From a virus: a DNA stretch of 46,667 bases. The stretch lies in the IMG/VR virus record IMGVR_UViG_3300032893_000002, positions 1 through 46,667 of that record. One strand, written 5' to 3'. This document shows, in pieces, positions 16,517 through 22,975 of the stretch (position 1 is the first letter of the stretch; every line of letters starts with the position of its first letter). The notes under the pieces are model-generated. The model searched no databases, had not been told where the DNA came from, and worked only from the letters and a program-made list of their open reading frames with translations. The position numbers and the translations under genes were made by a program.

Positions 16517-16813
16517 ATGATGACTACAGAGAGCATGCTCAAGCAATTTGAAGAGTTAACAAAGAAGATGGTCGAAGTTGTTACAGCGAAGAATAAAGAT
16601 TACTCACGCGGGGAATCTCCATTTAAAAATCTTGTACGACACGGAACTTATGGAATAGTTGTTCGAATGGACGACAAGATTTGCAGATTAGATTCATTAA
16701 CAAGTCCGAAATATGGTGGGGAACCAGCAATAAAATCGGAATCAATTGAAGATACGGCGTTAGATTTGGCTATATATAGCTTACTTCTGATACTGTTACA
16801 TAGAGATTCATGA
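16517..16813 (+). CDS. hypothetical protein, possible second all-alpha NTP-pyrophosphatase-like protein
   Basis: Weak MazG-like helix IEDTALDLAIYSLLLIL; low-confidence functional guess. Confidence 0.3.
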   Translation: MMTTESMLKQFEELTKKMVEVVTAKNKDYSRGESPFKNLVRHGTYGIVVRMDDKICRLDSLTSPKYGGEPAIKSESIEDTALDLAIYSLLLILLHRDS

Positions 16814-16983
16814 AAGACATTGCGTATTATCCAGCTCCAAATCAGTATTTTTACGATAGAAGAGCTAAAATTAAAGAGGAAAATCGGTGTTCTAAATGCG
16901 ATGGCTTCGGATATATTTTAGTTGAGGAGCATAGCTGGGAATTATGTCTAGCATGCTATGCGACAGGACAACAGATTGACTGA
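16810..16983 (+). CDS. small zinc-ribbon protein (57 aa, below track cutoff)
   Basis: Hand translation MKDIAYYPAPNQYFYDRRAKIKEENRCSKCDGFGYILVEEHSWELCLACYATGQQID; ATGA overlap with previous stop. Confidence 0.35.
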   Translation: MKDIAYYPAPNQYFYDRRAKIKEENRCSKCDGFGYILVEEHSWELCLACYATGQQID

Positions 16984-17167
16984 CTACGAACTTGGACGGA
17001 TTGATGCTACGCGAGACATTCTTAAGGAGTGGCTTAAGTTCCGGTATAGTATAAATGGACGTCAGCCTTTTATGTTCGACCGTCGAGATATAATCGATCC
17101 AGGAGCAAAAGGTTTGATAGATGATAACTTTTTTCCAAGAGGAAATCCTAATGCTCAAGACGACTAG
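16958..17167 (+). CDS. hypothetical protein (69 aa)
   Basis: ATG ORF; overlaps the 57-aa mini-ORF so one of the two may be spurious. Confidence 0.3.
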   Translation: MRQDNRLTDYELGRIDATRDILKEWLKFRYSINGRQPFMFDRRDIIDPGAKGLIDDNFFPRGNPNAQDD

Positions 17168-17522
17168 ATGTACTCACTGCAGCGCAGAATTTACAGATCA
17201 AGAATTAGAGAATGTAACAAGTTGTCCGAAATGCGGAACAACTGGAATTCCATGTTTAATTGCAGACGATGTGTTGTTAAAAATAAATTGGCATGAACTT
17301 CGTATTCTCGGAATTTGGGCAGATAATTATGCTAAAGCAGCACATATTGAAGACAGTTCTGCAAAAGTAATTGCAGCTATTTTAGCACGTTGTGAGAAGC
17401 AATTTCCTGATAAAACGCCCCTAACTTTGGGAGGAGAAATAAGAAAAATACAAGAAGAACATCCAGAAATCAGTTTAATGCGTGGAGGAAAGATAGAAGT
17501 TTCTTCGAAACGAGTAAATTAG
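17151..17522 (+). CDS. hypothetical protein with N-terminal zinc ribbon (123 aa)
   Basis: Trimmed to MLKTTRCTHCSAEF...CPKCG with AGAGGAAATCCTA SD. Confidence 0.45.
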   Translation: MLKTTRCTHCSAEFTDQELENVTSCPKCGTTGIPCLIADDVLLKINWHELRILGIWADNYAKAAHIEDSSAKVIAAILARCEKQFPDKTPLTLGGEIRKIQEEHPEISLMRGGKIEVSSKRVN

Positions 17523-18098
17523 ATGAGAAAAGGTGGTTGGATTACTACATATTCCGGCAAGAAGTTTTGGCCATTAGATCCAAAAGCTGAAGATATTTCT
17601 ATTTATGATATTGCGCATGCTTTATCTTTAATATGTCGATTCGGAGGACACTGCAGAAATTTCTATAGCGTAGCGCAGCATAGTATTCTCGGAGCGCAGC
17701 ATATTTTATTAAAAGAAAAAAGCAACGCGTTAGCAGCTTATGAATTTCTTTTTCATGATGCATCTGAAGCTTATCTATGTGATCTTTCGCGGCCAATTAA
17801 ACACGACTCTCTATTAGGTAGTTTATATAAAAAGGCTGAGAAAAAGTTGGAGCAAGCTATTGCAGAGAGATTTAATGTTAGCTATCCGCTTTCACAAATA
17901 TGTAAAGATACAGATATGAGTATGCTCTTAACAGAAGCTCGTGATTTAGGATTAGATACAACGGGCTGGATTGTTGCACCGCAAGATCGTTGTTTTGAAG
18001 ATAAAATTGTACCTTGGTCTCCTGTCGAGTCTGAACAAGGTTTTTTACGCATGTATGATTCTCTTTCTGCGACTTTGTTTATTCAAGCAGTAGTCTAA
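17523..18098 (+). CDS. HD-domain phosphohydrolase
   Basis: HD motif FLFHDASEAYLCD preceded by conserved His (IAHALSLICRFGGH) in the order expected for HD superfamily (YfbR-like nucleotidases). Confidence 0.55.
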   Translation: MRKGGWITTYSGKKFWPLDPKAEDISIYDIAHALSLICRFGGHCRNFYSVAQHSILGAQHILLKEKSNALAAYEFLFHDASEAYLCDLSRPIKHDSLLGSLYKKAEKKLEQAIAERFNVSYPLSQICKDTDMSMLLTEARDLGLDTTGWIVAPQDRCFEDKIVPWSPVESEQGFLRMYDSLSATLFIQAVV

Positions 18099-18116
18099 TT
18101 CTACAGGAGATATTAT

Positions 18117-18647
18117 ATGGCCGAAAGAATGCAATTGCCCACTACGCGTCAAAGTATTGTTCATCATTTTGCTGTTGGCGAATATGAAGGTTATTTAACA
18201 GTTGGTTTGTATGAAACGGGACTTCCAGGCGAAGTATTTGTGAAGATGGTAAATAAAGATACAACAGTCTCAGGCTTTATGGATAGTTTTGGATTAGCCG
18301 TGTCACTTGCACTTCAGCATGGTGTTCCATTAAAATTACTTTGCGACAAGTTTAGCTATATTCAATTTGATCCAAAGGGAGAAACAGCGAATAAGAAACT
18401 TCCGACGGCGAAATCTCTTATAGATTATTTATTCAGATGGATGGATTTATACTTTATTAAAGGCGATGTCTCTGCGTTGGAAAATTATATTAAACCGGAA
18501 GTAAAGAAATCAATCAAGCACGTCGTTACAAAGTCTTCTGGAATAGGATCGGATGCGCCTCCCTGTAGACAGTGTGGAGAATTGATGCAGCCAAATGGAA
18601 GTTGTCATGTTTGTAAATACTGCGGAGAAACTAGTGGTTGTTCATAA
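18117..18647 (+). CDS. hypothetical protein with C-terminal zinc ribbon (176 aa)
   Basis: C-terminal CRQCG...CHVCKYCG; no other motif. Confidence 0.45.
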   Translation: MAERMQLPTTRQSIVHHFAVGEYEGYLTVGLYETGLPGEVFVKMVNKDTTVSGFMDSFGLAVSLALQHGVPLKLLCDKFSYIQFDPKGETANKKLPTAKSLIDYLFRWMDLYFIKGDVSALENYIKPEVKKSIKHVVTKSSGIGSDAPPCRQCGELMQPNGSCHVCKYCGETSGCS

Positions 18648-18655
18648 GGAGATAT

Positions 18656-19573
18656 ATGGCAGAAGTAGTAAAGAAAGAAGATGGGAAAGTAGCAGAAGTA
18701 AAATCTATTATAAGCGATAAGCCAGCTACTGCTACTATACAAAAGTCCGAAACTAAGTTAAGTGAAATTAAAGATGGTACTGCAGTAGCAAAGACATTTA
18801 AAGCTGAACGAGATCCAAAATCGACATACATCTATGCCGGTGTTCAGGAAGGTATGCGTGCTGCGACTGAAACTCCCTCCAATGCTAAACCAGTTGTCGA
18901 TGTTGTACCACAAGATACAGAAAAAATAGCTAAGAAAGTACAAAAATCAATAGTTCCAAAAGTCGAACAAAAGAAGAAGCCAGAAGTTCCAACATTGACG
19001 ATTGGTAAAGATATTTTCTCTGTCGATTTATCTGCATTGGCAGAGTATGTAGCATTCGATGTTGATGCGCATCGTTACTTTACGCAAGAGAATACATATA
19101 AAATTCTTGCACACCTTTCAAAACAACTGCCGAAAGGATCTAAAGTTGCAGATCTCGGAACTGCGTGTGGTTCCTCTGCGCTTGCCTTTGCATCAAATCC
19201 GGATGTTCAAGTATCTACTATTGATTCCAGGAAGTTGCTGCCACAAAACTTAAAGAATGCCTCTTCTCTTCCAAATGTATCTTTTATTCAAGGAGATATT
19301 GCAAACTATATTAGTATATATGCAGATGCTAAGATTATATATTTGGATGTTCATCCGCATGACGGCATTCAAGAAAGTAAAATATATAATGAATTAATTG
19401 CTAGCGAATTCAAAGGTATTTTAATTCTTGATGATATACATGCATTTGAAGGACTTAATTCGTTTTGGAATACAATTTCAAGGAAGAAGATTGACGCAAC
19501 AGAATATGGACATCATTCAGGAACAGGAATTGTCGTATTTTCTCCGACTGATTTAGATGTTGTTATTTCTTAG
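18656..19573 (+). CDS. class I SAM-dependent methyltransferase with N-terminal extension carrying a capsid-like peptide
   Basis: Rossmann motif I VADLGTACGSSALAFA, acidic IIYLDVH and ILILDDIH strands; ATAAGGAGATAT SD; N-terminal aa 49-76 KAERDPKSTYIYAGVQEGMRAATETPSN nearly identical to aa 125-152 of the putative capsid protein. Confidence 0.6.
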   Translation: MAEVVKKEDGKVAEVKSIISDKPATATIQKSETKLSEIKDGTAVAKTFKAERDPKSTYIYAGVQEGMRAATETPSNAKPVVDVVPQDTEKIAKKVQKSIVPKVEQKKKPEVPTLTIGKDIFSVDLSALAEYVAFDVDAHRYFTQENTYKILAHLSKQLPKGSKVADLGTACGSSALAFASNPDVQVSTIDSRKLLPQNLKNASSLPNVSFIQGDIANYISIYADAKIIYLDVHPHDGIQESKIYNELIASEFKGILILDDIHAFEGLNSFWNTISRKKIDATEYGHHSGTGIVVFSPTDLDVVIS

Positions 19574-19600
19574 AAGTAGCCAACGAATAAAAATATTTAC

Positions 19601-19630
19601 TTGACATTATCAGGTTTGGCAATATATAAT
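19601..19630 (+). promoter_or_regulatory. sigma70-like promoter
   Basis: TTGACA (19601-19606) followed 17-18 nt later by TATATAAT (19623-19630), upstream of ORF 19671. Confidence 0.5.
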
Positions 19631-19670
19631 TCAAGATTGTAAAGTTCCATCCCTATTTTCAGGAGTAAAA

Positions 19671-19904
19671 ATGTCAACTGAGCATCTCGATTTCTGGATT
19701 ATAGTAGACGAAATTAAGAAAGTCGTTATTATAACTAGACGCGACGACTTAGCCGATTTCTTAGTGACGTATTCACATCAAAATGCTAAGAAAAGTAAAA
19801 TCTATTTCAATCCGACAGAATTAAATCAAGCGATCGAGACGTATAAGTGGCACGGATTTTCAATCCTAGCCGACGAGAAGGAATTTGGAGAAATGAGTAA
19901 TTAA
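19671..19904 (+). CDS. hypothetical protein (77 aa)
   Basis: ATG ORF downstream of consensus promoter; CAGGAGTAAAA SD. Confidence 0.45.
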   Translation: MSTEHLDFWIIVDEIKKVVIITRRDDLADFLVTYSHQNAKKSKIYFNPTELNQAIETYKWHGFSILADEKEFGEMSN

Positions 19905-19905
19905 A

Positions 19906-20148
19906 ATGGGAAAAACTCCAAGTAGGGATATTAGAGAACTCGGTCCGGGAGATTTTGTGCGAGTTGGGCAAAAACTTCTGAAAATTAAGAGCGTGTATGG
20001 TGTTAACTGGGATGGCACGCTCGTACCGGTCAGTAAAGGCGGCTATGGTTGTATAACAGAAACTGACGAAGATGTTTCTATGTGGAGAGCAACTGGGTAT
20101 TTTAAGAAAGAAGATTTAGATGAGAAAGGAAATTTGATCGGCGGGTAA
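19906..20148 (+). CDS. hypothetical protein (80 aa)
   Basis: ATG ORF, 1-nt spacing. Confidence 0.45.
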   Translation: MGKTPSRDIRELGPGDFVRVGQKLLKIKSVYGVNWDGTLVPVSKGGYGCITETDEDVSMWRATGYFKKEDLDEKGNLIGG

Positions 20149-20372
20149 TGAATCCATCTACACATCCTGAAAATTTTGATTTATGCCGTTATTGCGGTGA
20201 TCCTTATTGTGATAGATTAATAGAAAAATCAGATGGTAGTATTCGTTCAAATCACGATACGGGTTATAGATTTATACCCGCAAAACATATAGTAAAACCA
20301 TTTGCAACAAAATTTACAGCTCCTCTCAGAGATAAACATTTAATGCTTGCAAAACGTAATACTCTAAGTTGA
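20148..20372 (+). CDS. hypothetical protein with CxxC..C motif (74 aa)
   Basis: ATGA overlap with previous gene; CRYCGDPYC. Confidence 0.4.
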   Translation: MNPSTHPENFDLCRYCGDPYCDRLIEKSDGSIRSNHDTGYRFIPAKHIVKPFATKFTAPLRDKHLMLAKRNTLS

Positions 20373-20423
20373 TCACGTAATTCTCTTGACAAAGTTTTAA
20401 CTTTCCCTTATTTTCATTAGTAA

Positions 20424-20966
20424 ATGTCTCGCCTTCTTCTAAGTATCTGCGCTCTAATTTCTATCTCTTTAATTGTGCTCGCTCCTATTTTATTAGGAGA
20501 TGCGCATCCGCGTCATCATATATTTGGAGATACATTTGATGTTCAGCCCCTAATTAACGCGAGCGGGCAAGTCATCCAGATGAACATCAGTGTTTTTAGT
20601 GGAGGTCTTGTAAAAGGCTCTTACAACAGTAAGAAGTATGGCGGTATTTGTAACACAAATGCCCCACATTGTTATGGAACTGATGGGCTGGGCAATTGGC
20701 GTTTTCTTTTCACTGGCCAGCATTTTTGTGTTAATACTTGTACATATACAGCTACAGGCGATTTGATAGTAAATAAGCCGATTCAATTACCGGATGGTTC
20801 TACGACTCTGCAGCTTTACGCTATACTATATGGGACTTATGTCAGCGATTCAGGTGTTGTAAGAGATAACGTGATGGCATATTACAATTCATATACAGAC
20901 CCTGCAGTTGACAGCACGACAGCGCTTGCTTACGGCGGTCTAACAATAGTATTTCAGGATAATTAA
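20424..20966 (+). CDS. secreted or membrane-anchored hypothetical protein (180 aa)
   Basis: N-terminal hydrophobic helix LLLSICALISISLIVLAPILLG; Gly/Thr/Tyr-rich beta-type composition; TTGACA-like promoter upstream at 20386. Confidence 0.45.
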   Translation: MSRLLLSICALISISLIVLAPILLGDAHPRHHIFGDTFDVQPLINASGQVIQMNISVFSGGLVKGSYNSKKYGGICNTNAPHCYGTDGLGNWRFLFTGQHFCVNTCTYTATGDLIVNKPIQLPDGSTTLQLYAILYGTYVSDSGVVRDNVMAYYNSYTDPAVDSTTALAYGGLTIVFQDN

Positions 20967-21071
20967 GCAAAGGTGAGATTATGGCAACAAAATGGCCAAT
21001 CACAACGCATTGACGCATCCTTAACAATATAAAATTACAGCTTGACATTTGAACATACCTATATTATCTTT

Positions 21072-21108
21072 ACAAGTAAGTAATATTACTTGCTACTTAC
21101 TTGTACAA
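21072..21108. promoter_or_regulatory. nested palindromes upstream of terS
   Basis: ACAAGTAAGTA(21072-21082)...TACTTACTTGT(21094-21104) inverted repeat flanking self-complementary AGTAATATTACT, followed by TTGTACAA palindrome ending at the terS ATG. Confidence 0.4.
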
Positions 21109-21843
21109 ATGCGCGTTAAACTACAAGAACAGCCTATACAAGCGCGGCCGGTAAAGTCGCTCCCGGCTCCAGCCCATCCATCTGAGACAAGTAAAAGTAT
21201 AGAAAAAACTGAGAAAATAGATGCGTTATCTAAGAAATTAGGGTTAACGCCGAAGCAAAAACTCGCCGCAGACTATTACCTTCAAAACTTCAATAAGTAT
21301 AAAGCTGCGATTAAAGCAGGTTATTCAGAGTCTGTAGCAAACTGCGCAGAAGATAATATTTTTAGTGTTCCTGCTGTTCGCGACTACATCAATCAAAAAA
21401 TAAATCGACGCTTTAGAAAAGAAGAATTTTCAGCAGAACAAGTATTGATGCAGATTGAAAATGCGGCATCAGCAAATTTGCTTGACTATGGTAATGTTAC
21501 AGAAGATGGCGGATTTGAGTTGGATCTTACGAAAGTAGATAGATATTTAGCAGCAAACATTCAAGAGTACTACATCGATGCTGCAGGCAAACCTAAGATT
21601 AAGTTAATTGACAAGAAATGGGCACTTGAGAAGAAAGCTCAGCTATTGAAGATGTTTGAAACATCTCAAGGTCCAGGCGCCGAGAGCGAGCCTTTGACAA
21701 TTCAATCGCTCGATGCAATAGTACAGAAAGTTGTTACAAATAATACAATAAACCAAAATATTACAGTTAATGTTGGAGCAAGGGAAGCTCAGCAGTTTTC
21801 TCAAATTTTAGAAGGCAGCGATGATAGTTTATCTAATTCATAA
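21109..21843 (+). CDS. terS: terminase small subunit
   Basis: Trimmed from track ORF 21049..21843 to MRVKLQ...; contains the LTPKQKLAADYY motif typical of phage small terminase subunits; lies immediately upstream of terL with only a homing endonuclease between. Confidence 0.55.
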   Translation: MRVKLQEQPIQARPVKSLPAPAHPSETSKSIEKTEKIDALSKKLGLTPKQKLAADYYLQNFNKYKAAIKAGYSESVANCAEDNIFSVPAVRDYINQKINRRFRKEEFSAEQVLMQIENAASANLLDYGNVTEDGGFELDLTKVDRYLAANIQEYYIDAAGKPKIKLIDKKWALEKKAQLLKMFETSQGPGAESEPLTIQSLDAIVQKVVTNNTINQNITVNVGAREAQQFSQILEGSDDSLSNS

Positions 21844-22486
21844 TATACAAAACGAAAAAGTCTATGTTGGTATTACGAAGCATCAGTTTAAGCATAGATG
21901 GGATGAGCATTGTGATGCAGCATATAAGTATAATATGCAGTGGCATCTTTCAAATGCAATTCGTTTGTATGGAAAAGATTCTTTCTATCATGAAATCTTA
22001 GCTGTTGTTGCTACAGAAGAAGAAGCCAAGATATTAGAAAGGCTTTGGATTATAACTTTGCGTTCTTTTGATTCAGAATTTGGCTATAATATGACTTATG
22101 GAGGAGACGGCGTAAATCCGAGTTTTTTACGCGGAACTATCAGGAAAGAAATTTATGGAATTGAATCAGAAAAGCAAAGAGGCATAGCCATAAGTCTTGC
22201 AAAAAAAGGCAAACCAAGTTGGAAAAAAGGAACAACAAATATTGAACTTTATGGAGAAATAAAGGCTGCAAAAATTGCAGAGCAGGTATCAAAAACAAAG
22301 ACAGGTAAATCGAACATAAAACGAATAGGAAAGCCGGGTGCTCTTCTTGGAACTATTAGGAAATTAGCTTACGGAGAGCAATCCGAATTTGCAAGAGCAA
22401 GAGCTATAAGTGCAGCTAAAAAAGGAAAGCCTTCTCCCCGAAAAGGAAGAATCTTTCCGAAACAGATTGTAGCTGCATCATTATAA
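21821..22486 (+). CDS. GIY-YIG homing endonuclease with NUMOD-like C-terminal repeats
   Basis: N-terminal IYLIHNIQNEKVYVGIT...HRWDEH GIY-YIG core; repeated KKGKPSWKKGT / KKGKPSPRKG DNA-binding modules; paralog of 33779..34417; inserted between terS and terL. Confidence 0.85.
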   Translation: MIVYLIHNIQNEKVYVGITKHQFKHRWDEHCDAAYKYNMQWHLSNAIRLYGKDSFYHEILAVVATEEEAKILERLWIITLRSFDSEFGYNMTYGGDGVNPSFLRGTIRKEIYGIESEKQRGIAISLAKKGKPSWKKGTTNIELYGEIKAAKIAEQVSKTKTGKSNIKRIGKPGALLGTIRKLAYGEQSEFARARAISAAKKGKPSPRKGRIFPKQIVAASL

Positions 22487-22547
22487 AAAGTTAACAGGCC
22501 GGCAGATTGCCTTTTACTGCACAGATGTAGGTTATGGAATATTGTCT

Positions 22548-22712
22548 ATGAATATTTTTAATTTTTTTGTTGTTAATCGAGAAACAGGGGAAGAGATTGC
22601 ATTAGGCGATAATCCAGAATGCTCAATAGAGCAGGTTCTGTATATGATGTCACAAGGAACTACCCGAGAAAATTACTCAGAAAAATGGGCTTTCGAAATT
22701 AGAGAAGTATAA
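22548..22712 (+). CDS. small ORF (54 aa, below track cutoff)
   Basis: Hand translation MNIFNFFVVNRETGEEIALGDNPECSIEQVLYMMSQGTTRENYSEKWAFEIREV; no SD. Confidence 0.2.
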   Translation: MNIFNFFVVNRETGEEIALGDNPECSIEQVLYMMSQGTTRENYSEKWAFEIREV

Positions 22713-22723
22713 GAGCTAGTATA

Positions 22724-22975
22724 ATGGGAATTTGCGTCATCACACATAATCAGGCAAAGAAGTGGGAAGATACAGACGTTAGGCCGAATTGTTCACATCA
22801 TTTTCATATATCTGCAAAACAGGCATATATTGCCGTAGGCGAAGATAATGCGAATTGGTTCGATGGCCCATCTTCAAGAGCAATAGTTTTTCATGATTGC
22901 GTATTAAGATATGAGTGGCAGGCTAGAAAAAGTATAGGGTTTAACGTTTTGCAGATGGTACCAATTAGAAAATGA
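22724..22975 (+). CDS. hypothetical protein (83 aa)
   Basis: ATG ORF whose ATG lies inside a TAGTATAAT motif; stop overlaps terL start. Confidence 0.4.
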   Translation: MGICVITHNQAKKWEDTDVRPNCSHHFHISAKQAYIAVGEDNANWFDGPSSRAIVFHDCVLRYEWQARKSIGFNVLQMVPIRK

